Below, piece by piece: positions 10,201-17,314 of a stretch of DNA of 42,921 nt. This stretch comes from a virus, in the IMG/VR virus record IMGVR_UViG_3300033463_000305, positions 1-42,921 of that record; one strand, 5' to 3'. The position numbers and the translations under genes were made by a program. The notes beneath the pieces are model-generated. The model searched no databases. It saw only the letters and a list, made by a program, of their open reading frames with translations, and was not told the DNA's origin. How positions within the stretch are numbered: the stretch's first letter is position 1; every line of letters begins with the position of its first letter.

Positions 10201-11373
10201 GACCGTGAGGTCTACCACGCCTGCAATGCTGGCCTGATTCAGCAGAGTCGAAACCGCCGACATTCCCGCAGCGGCCAGCGGGGAGCTGTCCACGATCCCT
10301 GCAATATCCTTCTGACGCTGTTGGGCCTTTCTCTCATTGAGCAGATGCTTGATGGAGTTGATATACTCGGTTGCTGCTTTTTGGCCCTCGGTGTTCCACA
10401 GGTAGAAGAAAATCGACCTCTCATCGTCTTGGATGAAATTGTACGGGTCGTTGGAGATGCCCTCCACATTGTCGCCGCCCCGGCTGTATACGTTAGCATA
10501 CATCCGCTTTGCCGGATCAAACGACGCAGCTTTCCAACGCTTGGCGTCTGCCGCGTTTCCGCCGCTGCGCAGAAGGAAATCATCCCTCCCGCGCAGAGAG
10601 GCGTATTTCTGATACTGAAGATCGCTGGCCAGTTTGTTATACTGAGAGGCAGCCTCCTGTTCTGCTGCATGGGCGGCGCTGGACTCTTCCGTAGCCTGCT
10701 GGACCCATGCCTGAATGTCTGCATCATTGTCACTGTAGGGATTGCCGCCCTTTGCTGTGAGCGCAGCGCCCAGACGCAGGCTTGCACTCAGTGCGTTACC
10801 CTTCGCCTGGTCCAGTGCATCAGAGGCAGCTCTTACCTGGTCCTCCGTGGTGCCGGTGCGTGCAAGTCCGCTCGCCCGCTCATACGCGCCGTACATGTTG
10901 CGGTAAATCGGCTGAATAGCCCTCAGCTCCTGCTCGGCACGCCTTGCCGCCCGGGGATCGTCGCCCTGCATAACGTCGTGAAGATGGTTCACACGGCGCT
11001 GCACGGCGTCAAGATCGCCCTGAGCTTTGTCAATCGCGGCCTGCCGCGCTGTGTTCGCAGCGTTCTCGATCCAATTAACGGGCTGAGAAGCAGACCCTAT
11101 GCTCCCGGAAACATGCGAGGACGCAGACGGCCCCACGAAGTCTTCGTTCATCTTCGTGGGCGAAACAAGGAGAGACTGCTGCGCAGGCTGACGCTTGACG
11201 CTGCCCTGAATCTTGGTCTGTACCTGTTCCTGGGCCCGCTTCTCCTGCTTGGCCTGTTCCTTGATGAAGGCCAAGGCATCTGCTTTCCCGGCGTCTGCGG
11301 TGCCTTTAGCCTGGGATTTGATAAACGCGAGGGCGTCTTCCTTGCTGGTGTCAGTACTGGAAGTCTTCAACAC
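1258..11373 (-). CDS. Giant polyvalent virion protein (3,371 aa) with HExxH metallopeptidase-like and ART-PolyVal-like modules; putative ejected/internal protein
   Basis: Uninterrupted 10,116-nt ORF with GTG start at 11373 behind GGAAGGGGG. LDHEELHKL lies at nt 8539-8553. YLAAVESGDM..MVDEAAKQAGYTIKAYHGTTDDFTKF..GGGFYFTP lies at ~6049-6606. It has Gly/Met-rich and hydrophobic segments and sits after the tail genes. Confidence 0.85.
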   Translation of the reverse strand: MLKTSSTDTSKEDALAFIKSQAKGTADAGKADALAFIKEQAKQEKRAQEQVQTKIQGSVKRQPAQQSLLVSPTKMNEDFVGPSASSHVSGSIGSASQPVNWIENAANTARQAAIDKAQGDLDAVQRRVNHLHDVMQGDDPRAARRAEQELRAIQPIYRNMYGAYERASGLARTGTTEDQVRAASDALDQAKGNALSASLRLGAALTAKGGNPYSDNDADIQAWVQQATEESSAAHAAEQEAASQYNKLASDLQYQKYASLRGRDDFLLRSGGNAADAKRWKAASFDPAKRMYANVYSRGGDNVEGISNDPYNFIQDDERSIFFYLWNTEGQKAATEYINSIKHLLNERKAQQRQKDIAGIVDSSPLAAAGMSAVSTLLNQASIAGVVDLTVQNIRRMMGDNRPIDYNTPLQAPGQITQQIRSEVSKNLEERFPKAEIPGIVNLASFAYQTGMSLADSGTQLLLNRFGVPEPVTLSLMSGGAAQQAVYDAKERGASDGQALLTGYAAGIAEYAFEKISLDNLVGSIEAKAGETIGEKLTEKWVSKLAKKVGPWIINAGKQGLVEGSEEAFTTLANTVTDLMINGDKSELLKDIDEMGTGPALRKWITGLALDAMGGIISGVGMGMGGNVLRYAGGVAEDAASAARAAAEKESGQAHAETPTEPETRTAPPTPSESNPLAKALDKLRSGEQLTQNDARRIINDAASMQALRESGLIDTVRDDSAGRQQIRQAVESYARLNTNLLTQAQAQGNLETNTEEVVSNGRTIETSDRATAEAAGEQQPQTSFRERARAAAETQRSREILDRAERRSGLGRFLAEYRANRAQRSAETQFAQQNARANRLRDQAEARDLTFTSAAEQGIPGGTEDQTFQIMPTDMLDGAMRTAQQEAAKNGIDLQFMIGQGRVNDSSGDYNFRGWISADRKRMLIQADHSKLTWQQILDHEELHKLIKSAPGYRQAVEDALLSDARLQPYLSSIVDRYAEAYNSLGVTDENKIIEELLADYRAGFDMLDIARGRAGDVRTKATAKKDIRAAERRGVVPAKNNRGAQTQGSASTEITGNRFSMEMPAEETADLIAVHNLTERNLIDMGELGGAPAPSIAIVKADAGHTKYGPISLVYTKDTIDPQADRRNRVFGSDAWTPTSPTVGYKLDEKASKALRSRIENILGEDADVIKTYIDDDNLKDKLNRHNGDFATAYGNEDALKYAFLKEAGRLDRAPTKEKAYSQYMSNESLRELAAKYNVQELFSAGYDETMKIEPELREWLKRDYIQKTLAKGKADRATVERVADALYSKEQPYSKLNSILYAVLQMENDSSRAEVDTEALRTAIRQEFNTEGTEAEYRAWLNDLASGLVAKKGIRNQKDIYTSAGNRREWDSLYDPYTLENIVRAMASEPQRGASTWGVTAGSLQSVTTPEYRNVEEIRADRGRLGAIDQEEFEQLKKGLDARITDAVERIYSSTKHWSDNRFEEYDLLAAAIINAARGAKTESSITRSMSKDGYTIGKDIAQELRQLYRDAAQLPTEYFEAKPMRAVGFDEIAAAVVPSDISAQARKVLDDNGVNTLEYRSGDDADRLAKLNSIPDVKFSRELDRDYLAAVESGDMGTAQRMVDEAAKQAGYTIKAYHGTTDDFTKFSRGEQGRNHDGYLEFGGGFYFTPNENEAREWVRRGRSGLSGKAEPKVMSVYLSQRNIINADEPIPRGAEALQRMGMSKAEANFIAGRTYRFINYLAEDKGFSNTEIQDELKSLGYDAIDATYRNTASGQYVVFDPDQIKSADPVTYDDQGNVIPLSERFNAQDDDIRFSREIDPDTLRDLNEAEKNGDVIHLYRTMEVVEDEDGRKALRSPMADTVRRDPNAGKTPRTAGNIIFRSAPFGYVDENGDVYDVVDGEQTGASWIKADEHPETATMKPGAKWASTNIGKPVSGDNTGVAYNPYNHASNYVLNDQFKGAYERPNLVTVEVIVPRSEEDHPYHADMAKDPVGWADWKSGDVATALAKAGGEPRRLFLSRWMKVARVLSDAEVADRIVNHDLKGTGIKIPANTVTPSLREALREIDPDIISEPQNPKSYYAYQSKMPSGNTSREIDPQEIAKAEYLTEQRRTGRTGGRGRKRVSRVRTHAFELGGLYNEVEAQMAETQPGEFSYDPISEQKSMQNALGRLRRDFAGEVEKLSTADQWGGSDLDTAMGILHQYRQIGRETGDYSLFHEWSHVIQEKGTKGGQFVQAFAKYSRTATEQARKASERLRETAGKLTPAEQKRIQGHVSGILGAVDGAVEGAAKGAVEDTSGRKPRLPKEKKRSEQRARDAENVIRQIHRIFNQKYARDHGAPVDQWVKLTGDELADRISRRFDDPSNKERTTMQIILGDLMAFAEEHALPDRPEGQKPRTAVERITDYLNNREAYAQAWDEAKQVLRAMYAEDEERLAALDSFLNATITYNGGDMDQTMFRAILESADTLGLSKKDILNLAAAGVNESTINRIADEFAKQVGSDEVRDAVARHITNLVMEDDQAGRLGRMEQEAARELDQKLQSLLRESRKTKTDAANAIAQYLINDLGITGTDAAIAADYIAGDYMDRLAAAADKALRKMFEEKGERVKPAQRDKLLDLFRLGGLTNANVEDAVVDALGLGKLSRAEQRQIMDSMASFADTLDAMADDDLEGLRSLIRQQAAVRNTKLDRMAEKVLSGETDVEYLRNLAMAQLDLIAADYKPRTAGEKISTVQIISHLLNARTAMRNLTSNQVFDMVDSLANNVGLLPDIIMGAITGQRSVGLNKSWASQQKRQGALQGAGRNLLEIALDAAPNDRNQSKYGTGGRRTFAMASSGTVGKILSQAERILGYELNTTDEFHKGSVYGETMESLARFVDRGDMTVEQAAEFATDMALYRSFQDSTVIGSILGGLKDVLNIIGTGTTNGKTIKGLPVHDFGLGDLVVKYTQVPGALIHRAIEFSPVGYLKAIYNIAQLGNLKSKGESTLAKQRAAALSIGRATTGTGLITLFALLAKAGLLRRKDDEKDKNAAALRQSQGFNGTQLNVSALGRMLSGGSLDVQEGDVLADIGFLEPLDSLMTIAALAVNDPEIKAMDLYDMFRNLKTAGKMGEKSLQGIWLALEDTSAMQTLSNIYSTVRYHDEANDLPLYMQIPMEIAASSVSGFIPAPIRQIAQATDTVYRDQYRSQNLLEQTAAKVANAIPGVRQQLAPKLTPLGEEKAYQAPALNALNALLSPGNISVYHSTAVTDEFLRVYDETGEAKILPERNAPYSITINKEKYTLTPDERTQYQETRGKVTTQFADAVRKSKWYKALPADEQAEVLNWCGNFANYVAKTAFMTERGEEYTSKTYAKYYDEWQSGAIPADVAAKANKQNPDGTASRSVPTLNLPTA

Positions 11374-12841
11374 GGACAGTTCCCCCTTCCTTGTTGGGCT
11401 TCTTCACCTTGGTATACGTCCATTTTCCGGTGTGGGAGTTATATGTTGCCTTTACCTCATCTTCCGCCACAGCGCGGGCGAGCTCGTCCCAGGTGTAGCC
11501 GGTTCCATCAACAAATACCCTGCCGCCGGAGATGCTATTCGTCACGCTCTTGGCGGCGTCGGCGGTCCCTGTCTGGGCACCGCCAGTATCTGTGGCGCCG
11601 GGAGCGGTATTCCCAACAGAGTCATAACCAATATCGCCCTGGTCAAACTGCTTGGAAAGCATGATGTCCTCCGGGCTTGCGCCTTCCCGCATGGCGTTGC
11701 GGATATGCACATCCTGGCTTCCGCCATAAGGCGTAGTGACCAGGTCGTTCAAGTAACTGAGATAGTCCGGGCGTGTGTTGCTGCCATACGGCGTTTTTTC
11801 CGTTACTGGGGATTCCGTTTCCTCCGCCGGGGGATTGCTGCCGCCGGGGCCATACCCTCCGGCGGACTGCTGAGACGCGAGCCAAGCGTCCACGTCGATT
11901 CCCAGGGCCCGCAGGCCGGAGTAATCGCCATACTGCGCCCTCCGCTGGGCGTCCTGCCACGCCTGATCCTGCTCGGTGATAGCGTCAAGCCTCGCCTGCC
12001 GCTCCCGGTCAAGCCGGTCCTGCTCCCGGGCATAATTGGTCTCGTCATCATAGATCTTCCGCTGATACGCCGTCTGCTCCGCGTTTTGGGTCCGGGCAAT
12101 GGCGTCCGCGTTCTCGCCCGCTGCCAGATTGTACTGATCCCGGAGTTGGCCGAGCCGGTCCCCGTATACGCCGTACTCGAAGCTCCGGTCCGCGTTCAGG
12201 GCGTCCAGGGCCTGGAGCTGCCGCTGATACTCCTGGAGATACCGCTGGTACGCCTGCTGGTACAACTCGGGGATCTTGTCCGCCATCTGGGCGGAGTAGT
12301 AGTTCCCCGCCTGCTGCGCCGCCGTCATGGCCGCCGTGCTGGGCCTGCCCCCGGTCATGGCGGCATACTGCCCCATGGTGTCCTCGCTGGCCCGCCGCCC
12401 CTCCCGGGCGTAGGTCTTCCGGTAGGAGGAATATACCGGGTCCGTCTCCGGATCATAGGAGAAAGCCCCGTAGTTCAGCACCTTGTCCATGGCCCCCCGG
12501 TAGTCCGGGGCCCGGGAATAATCGAAGGGGCCATACCCGTTCACCGCCTCCCGTGCGGCATTCTGCGCCTGCTGCGTGGGGGAAAGGTCGTACAGGCTGC
12601 CGTCCCCGCCGCCGGTAAAGCCCTTAGTCCGGTTCAGCTCCGTCTGCTGCTGATGGTACACCGCCCTCTGCTCCGGCGTGGCGGCGGCAGCGTATCCCAC
12701 CTTGTTGGACGTGGTCCCCCAGCCGTAATCCGGGTCCGCCTCTGCCAGGGCGAGCTGCTGGGCCGAAAATTGGCCGTACACTCCCGCGGCCTTGGCCCAT
12801 TCGTCCCAGGTCTTGTAATTCGGATTCTGATACCCGTTCAT
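11351..12841 (-). CDS. Q/Y-rich virion protein, putative internal/ejection protein
   Basis: 496 aa with GGGAGGAAAG RBS. The central part is Q/R/D-rich and helical. It lies between the tail genes and the giant protein. Confidence 0.6.
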   Translation of the reverse strand: MNGYQNPNYKTWDEWAKAAGVYGQFSAQQLALAEADPDYGWGTTSNKVGYAAAATPEQRAVYHQQQTELNRTKGFTGGGDGSLYDLSPTQQAQNAAREAVNGYGPFDYSRAPDYRGAMDKVLNYGAFSYDPETDPVYSSYRKTYAREGRRASEDTMGQYAAMTGGRPSTAAMTAAQQAGNYYSAQMADKIPELYQQAYQRYLQEYQRQLQALDALNADRSFEYGVYGDRLGQLRDQYNLAAGENADAIARTQNAEQTAYQRKIYDDETNYAREQDRLDRERQARLDAITEQDQAWQDAQRRAQYGDYSGLRALGIDVDAWLASQQSAGGYGPGGSNPPAEETESPVTEKTPYGSNTRPDYLSYLNDLVTTPYGGSQDVHIRNAMREGASPEDIMLSKQFDQGDIGYDSVGNTAPGATDTGGAQTGTADAAKSVTNSISGGRVFVDGTGYTWDELARAVAEDEVKATYNSHTGKWTYTKVKKPNKEGGTVRVEDFQY

Positions 12842-12859
12842 TCTCGTTTCTTTCCTCCC

Positions 12860-14536
12860 TTATAGCCTGTTCGGGCTGCCCTCATATACTTCCGTGGTGA
12901 TGCTGTGTACGATGCAGGGCCCGGTCCCCTGGAGCTTCAGCCGGAAGTGGTCGCAGCGCCGGGGGATCACCGGCAGATACCAGCTCTGCTTCCGGGCGGA
13001 CTGCTCCGCCGTGATGCTCTGCACCGTGATCCAGTCCCCCCCGCCGTCGTAACGGATCAGGATCCCCGCTGCGCTCCCGGCGGGCAGCTCCAGCCGCACC
13101 AGCACCTTGGAGATGGTCTTCTTGTTGGGGCTGGGCCTGCTTCTCCGGCTGTTCACGTTCTGTCCGTAGTAGTCCCCAAGCTCCGCCCACCAGGAAACCG
13201 CCGCCTCCGCCGTGCCTGCGGCCCCCGTGTCCGTCGTCCAGAGCTTCCCCGGCACGGTCACGGGCTCGCCTCCCGGCGTCTCTGAGGGCGTTGTGGAGGC
13301 TGCTGTGAGGCATTCCACGCTCCCCGGGCTCCCCGGGGCGAAGAAGGCCCCCTGCGTGGCGTCCTGGATGTGCCATACCTGCCGCATGGCATCGAATACA
13401 TACAGCAGCCAGCCCCCGTTTTCATCCTGCGCCGACAGGTAGTATTTCAGGCCGTCGCTCCCGCCGACGCCGCCGGACAGCTTCCGCCCGATAGACTCCC
13501 CGATGGACTGCGGTATCCCGCCCGCGTACACCACAGGCCCCACCCGGGAGAGGTAATACAGGCTTTCGTTGGCTATCGCCAGGCTCCGCCCGCAGCCCTC
13601 CATCACCCCGAAATCCGGGGCGCTCTGGGGCTCAAAGTTGGCGGGCCGGGACCCGTACACCTTGAAGATATGCCGCTCCTTGAAGAAGCAGGGATACCCC
13701 AGAAAGCTGATGCATCCGGTGAAGTCCCCCTCCGTGCCGCTCTCCCAGCTCCAGGAGTCCGTGCTGAGCCCGTCGAACACGTTCCAGTTGTACGGGTCCC
13801 CCAGTTTGGAGCAGCGGATGGTGTCCCCCTTGCAGCCCCATACCCGGTTCTCGTTCACGCAGATCCAGTCCAGGTCCGGCACGGTCCGGGCCACGGTGAT
13901 GCCTGCCGCCGTGCTGTCGTCAGTGAAGCTGTTCTCATAGAAGCGCAGCTCGTCCCCCTCCACCTCCCGGACGATGATGGTCTGATTGTTCTCCGCCTGG
14001 GCGGAGCCGGAGATCGTCACGGCGTCCCCCGCCCGGAAATACGTCCCCCAGTCGAAGGAGGAGGACGCCGCCTTGATGGTGTTTCCCTCCGCCGCCTCTC
14101 CGGCATAGGTGCCGTCGGTGAAGGTCGCGGATACGGTGACGCTCGCCTCCAGGCTCCCCACCGTCCAGGCCGTGGCCGGGGCCACGGGGGGCGTGAGCAC
14201 CTTCTTGTCCGGCCACAGGAGCACCCGCTCCCCCAGAGCGGCGAACACCTTGGGCCCGTCCGTCACCGCGGCGGCGCTCGCCCCGTCGATGTACAGGGCC
14301 GTCCCGTCCACGGTAAACCGGCTCCCCCCGGCCCGAAACAGGCCGTTGGGCTTGGTCACGCTCCCCAGGTTCACCCGCCCCGGGCGCACGCTGAGCCGGG
14401 GAAAGTCCCCGCTCCACAGGTTCCGCATATCGAAAAGGTCCCCGTCCTCCGCCCCGGCGGTGTGGTTCAGCCCCCCGAAGGCGGTCTGGGGAAACTGCCG
14501 GATCCGGTCTCCCCCGGGCAATGTGGGCAGTTTCAT
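12860..14536 (-). CDS. Putative tail structural protein (558 aa)
   Basis: TAGGAGGACACAGC precedes the ATG. The composition is beta-rich and the gene lies in the tail module. No specific family was recognised. Confidence 0.6.
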   Translation of the reverse strand: MKLPTLPGGDRIRQFPQTAFGGLNHTAGAEDGDLFDMRNLWSGDFPRLSVRPGRVNLGSVTKPNGLFRAGGSRFTVDGTALYIDGASAAAVTDGPKVFAALGERVLLWPDKKVLTPPVAPATAWTVGSLEASVTVSATFTDGTYAGEAAEGNTIKAASSSFDWGTYFRAGDAVTISGSAQAENNQTIIVREVEGDELRFYENSFTDDSTAAGITVARTVPDLDWICVNENRVWGCKGDTIRCSKLGDPYNWNVFDGLSTDSWSWESGTEGDFTGCISFLGYPCFFKERHIFKVYGSRPANFEPQSAPDFGVMEGCGRSLAIANESLYYLSRVGPVVYAGGIPQSIGESIGRKLSGGVGGSDGLKYYLSAQDENGGWLLYVFDAMRQVWHIQDATQGAFFAPGSPGSVECLTAASTTPSETPGGEPVTVPGKLWTTDTGAAGTAEAAVSWWAELGDYYGQNVNSRRSRPSPNKKTISKVLVRLELPAGSAAGILIRYDGGGDWITVQSITAEQSARKQSWYLPVIPRRCDHFRLKLQGTGPCIVHSITTEVYEGSPNRL

Positions 14537-14560
14537 GCTGTGTCCTCCTAAATCTAGTAG

Positions 14561-15241
14561 TCATGAATCGCTTCCGTAGATCAGGGATCCGCTTCCCGCA
14601 TTATAATAATACCGGTCTTCCATGATCTCGTGCAGACAGGCGGTTTGATTTTCAGCGAGCGCCGGTCGATAATCCCGCACCAATTCCGACCCTTCGTAAA
14701 TAGTGAAACCGTATATTTTGCCGGTTATTGCACAGCCGCTCCCCCATCCGTAGAGCGTGCCTATGGCCAAAGGATATAGAGAGTTTGTCGGATGTGCGTT
14801 TTCCAACGTAATTTGCCCTGTAAGAGTGCCGTCCATGGCTTCCCAGGCAGCATTATATCGGGTCACATCGAAACGCATTTTGGTGTCATATACATCCCGC
14901 CCAGGAGCAGCCTCGCCGTGAACGCCTCCGGATTGCAGCCCAAAATACCCCAAACTATCGCCGCCGACAGAAAAGGAAAAATTGTCGGTAGAATAAGCGC
15001 CCGAACGGCTTCCGAACAGAAACGAGCCGCTATATGCCATCACGGGCCTGATAGTTGCGACAATCTGAATCCTTGTATACGGCGTTGCCAGATAATCGCT
15101 GTCGATCCACTCCTGCCCGAAAAACTGTAAATAGTTATTATATACAGGCACTGGCTGCGGCCTCCTTGAGGCCGCTCCCCACCCCTTCAGCTGCCGCCCC
15201 ACAGCCAGTCCGGCAAGGAAGCTGTTCTTGTCGTACTGCAT
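14561..15241 (-). CDS. Putative receptor-binding / lectin-like tail protein
   Basis: 226 aa with AAGGAGGGGCA RBS. N-terminal MQYDKNSFLAGLAVGRQLKGW and C-terminal ..GKIYGFTIYEGSELVRDYRPAL..YYYNAGSGS resemble (from memory) jelly-roll fibre tips of gut phages. G+C is visibly lower than in the flanks. Confidence 0.5.
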   Translation of the reverse strand: MQYDKNSFLAGLAVGRQLKGWGAASRRPQPVPVYNNYLQFFGQEWIDSDYLATPYTRIQIVATIRPVMAYSGSFLFGSRSGAYSTDNFSFSVGGDSLGYFGLQSGGVHGEAAPGRDVYDTKMRFDVTRYNAAWEAMDGTLTGQITLENAHPTNSLYPLAIGTLYGWGSGCAITGKIYGFTIYEGSELVRDYRPALAENQTACLHEIMEDRYYYNAGSGSLIYGSDS

Positions 15242-15250
15242 TGCCCCTCC

Positions 15251-16174
15251 TTACTCCCAGATGATCTCCGTCTCGTGCCCGCTGCCGTCCGTGATCAGCA
15301 CGGGCCGGTCCTGGGAATCGAACTCCACGGCGTAGGAATTGACGATCTCCCCGTCCAGCGTCTCGGTGAAGCTCCCGTTGTCCCAATCGGAGAAGTCTAT
15401 CTCCGTGGTCTTCCGCAGCCCGGTGATGTCCGTATACCCGCCCCCGGCGGGATCCCCGATGAATATGCCCTGCCTTTCCCCGAAGCGGTTCAGGAGCCAG
15501 AGGTCGAAGCTGTTCCGGTTCTTCCGCAGGTAACCCTTCCCCCGGTCCGGGTCCGAGCTTGAGCCGTACCCCGCCCCGAAGACCAGCTCGGGGATCTTCG
15601 TGGTCACGCCCTCCTCGGTCACGTCCTCGAACCGGTAAGTCCCCTTGACCAGTTCATTGTACTGATACACCGTCACGGGCCAGGCCGTGGGCTCCAGGCT
15701 CGTCATCCGGGTATGCTCTGCGTCCGTCCACCAGAAGCACCGGCTTCCGTGGTGCAGCTGCTCCGTCAGGGGCGCGCCGTTTTCCGTCTTCACCGTGCCG
15801 GTGAGGAAGTCGATCTCCTCATCGTGGATGTGCAGGTAGTCCAGCGCTGCCGTGTTCCCCGCCAGATACCGGGCGGCCTTCTGATAGTCCGTCCGCAGCT
15901 CGTCCACCACCAGGTCGGCGATGGCCCCGTACTCCGCGTAAAGCTCATTGGTGATGACCGTGTTGGAGATGACGGTCTCCGTGACGATCTCATTCCCCCA
16001 GTCCTTCATCTCCGCTTCGTTGAAGTTCTCCGGGGAGAGGTTCCGCAGGATGTACCGCAGATTCTCCAGCAGGAGGAAGACGTAGTTGTACAGGGCGTCC
16101 ACCTTCTGCTCCGTGGATTCCCGCCCGGTAAAGGACGGGAACCCGTTGTCCAGCGCCGCAAATTGTGTAGGCAT
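15251..16174 (-). CDS. Putative tail structural protein (307 aa)
   Basis: ORF with GAGGTAACGCC before the ATG. It lies between the lysis cassette and the tail genes. The N-terminal FPSFTGRESTEQKVDALYNYVFLLLENLRYILRNL pattern is recalled from phage tail proteins. Confidence 0.55.
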   Translation of the reverse strand: MPTQFAALDNGFPSFTGRESTEQKVDALYNYVFLLLENLRYILRNLSPENFNEAEMKDWGNEIVTETVISNTVITNELYAEYGAIADLVVDELRTDYQKAARYLAGNTAALDYLHIHDEEIDFLTGTVKTENGAPLTEQLHHGSRCFWWTDAEHTRMTSLEPTAWPVTVYQYNELVKGTYRFEDVTEEGVTTKIPELVFGAGYGSSSDPDRGKGYLRKNRNSFDLWLLNRFGERQGIFIGDPAGGGYTDITGLRKTTEIDFSDWDNGSFTETLDGEIVNSYAVEFDSQDRPVLITDGSGHETEIIWE

Positions 16175-16183
16175 GGCGTTACC

Positions 16184-16456
16184 TCATTTCAGCCCGATCT
16201 TCACCGCGATGTACGCCAGCAGGGCCGTCACCACCCATGTCAGCACCTGCTGGCTGATGCTGTCCCACCTTCGGGCGGGCTTCATCCGCAGCTCCTGGAG
16301 GGTCTGGGACATCTCCCCAAGCTTGGTGTCGATCTGGTCCAGCCGCTGCCGCAGAAGCGCAAGGGCCACGTCCCCGTTGTGCAGCCGCTCCTCCGTGGCG
16401 TCCATCCTGCGCCGCAGCTCCTCGAACTCTCCCCGGGTCACGGTCTGCTCATTCAT
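16184..16456 (-). CDS. XhlA-like lysis-associated membrane protein
   Basis: 90 aa from the internal ATG at 16456, which overlaps the holin stop. It has a coiled-coil N-terminal part and a C-terminal TM helix (VLTWVVTALLAYIAVKIGL), as in PBSX XhlA. Confidence 0.5.
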   Translation of the reverse strand: MNEQTVTRGEFEELRRRMDATEERLHNGDVALALLRQRLDQIDTKLGEMSQTLQELRMKPARRWDSISQQVLTWVVTALLAYIAVKIGLK

Positions 16457-16646
16457 GCCTGTCCACCTCCGGCAGCCCCGTGGCAATGCTGGTGAGGATG
16501 CTCAGCACCCCCGCCAGGGCGGAGGCGGAGGCCACCACGGCCCAATTCACGTCGCTCAGCACGGCGCTGGTGCCGATGGTGGCGATGGCGGTCTGGGCGA
16601 TGGTCCGCAGAGCGCGGATCCCCGCCGCCCGGATAAACTGCTTCAT
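16449..16646 (-). CDS. Holin (two TM helices)
   Basis: 65 aa with an ATGA overlap onto the lysin stop. It has two hydrophobic helices (RTIAQTAIATIGTSAVL and WAVVASASALAGVLSILTSIATGL) and lies directly after the endolysin. Confidence 0.65.
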   Translation of the reverse strand: MKQFIRAAGIRALRTIAQTAIATIGTSAVLSDVNWAVVASASALAGVLSILTSIATGLPEVDRHE

Positions 16647-17314
16647 TTCAGATCCCCCTTTTCCTTCGCTGCGTTGTACCGCTGGAGCATCACGGCCAGC
16701 TCCTCCCGGGTGACGGGCTTTTCAGGCCGGAATGTCCCGTCCGGGTAGCCCTCCATGATCCCCGCGTCAATGGCCCACCGCATGGCCTGCTCAGACCACC
16801 GGCCTTCATAGTCCTTCGGCATAGGCTCATCCTTGTACTGCGGGCGGCACACGCCCACGATCTGCGACGGATAGCGGATCCTCAGCGCCACGCATCCGCC
16901 GTTGTTCTGGCTCCCCTCGTACCCCGTGGCAGTGTTTCCCTCGACGGTGTAGATAACGGTTCTCCCGTTCTGCACAGGCGTATCCTCCACCAGCCCGCAG
17001 TGCTCCGGCTCCGTCCCTCCGCGGAAGTTCAGCAGGAGGATATCCCCCGCCCGCACCTCCTCCGCCGGGACCGTCTGCCCCTGCTCCCTGTACCACCGGT
17101 ACAGCATCCCGCAGGAGGCGGTCTTGGCCCCGCCGAAAAACGCGGACCCTTCCCCCGCCTCCCGGAAGCACCACCAGAGGAAGGCCGCGCACCAGGGCTG
17201 CCCCTGCCACGCCGGATCATACGCTTCCCAGTACTTCGTCCGATTGCTCCCGGGCGGCGATTCCGTATACCCCAGCTCCCCCCGGGCGGTCTCCAGCACC
17301 TTGCTCAGGCTCAT
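16643..17314 (-). CDS. Endolysin: CHAP/NlpC-P60-type amidase/peptidase with C-terminal SLH domain
   Basis: The Cys in QPWCAAFLWWCF and the His in EHCGLVED fit a CHAP fold. The C-terminal AMRWAIDAGIMEGYPDGTFRPEKPVTREELAVML is a textbook S-layer-homology motif. Confidence 0.8.
   Translation of the reverse strand: MSLSKVLETARGELGYTESPPGSNRTKYWEAYDPAWQGQPWCAAFLWWCFREAGEGSAFFGGAKTASCGMLYRWYREQGQTVPAEEVRAGDILLLNFRGGTEPEHCGLVEDTPVQNGRTVIYTVEGNTATGYEGSQNNGGCVALRIRYPSQIVGVCRPQYKDEPMPKDYEGRWSEQAMRWAIDAGIMEGYPDGTFRPEKPVTREELAVMLQRYNAAKEKGDLK

Noticed and set aside
1258-11373. Giant ORF as an N4-like virion RNA polymerase or as a tape measure protein
   Set aside because: I could not find T7-type polymerase motifs (T/DxxGR, Rx3Kx7YG, HDS-type motif C) or a DxDGD double-psi-barrel motif by eye. 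No tail tube or chaperone genes accompany it, as a tape measure would need. This is not excluded for divergent folds, and profile searches are needed.
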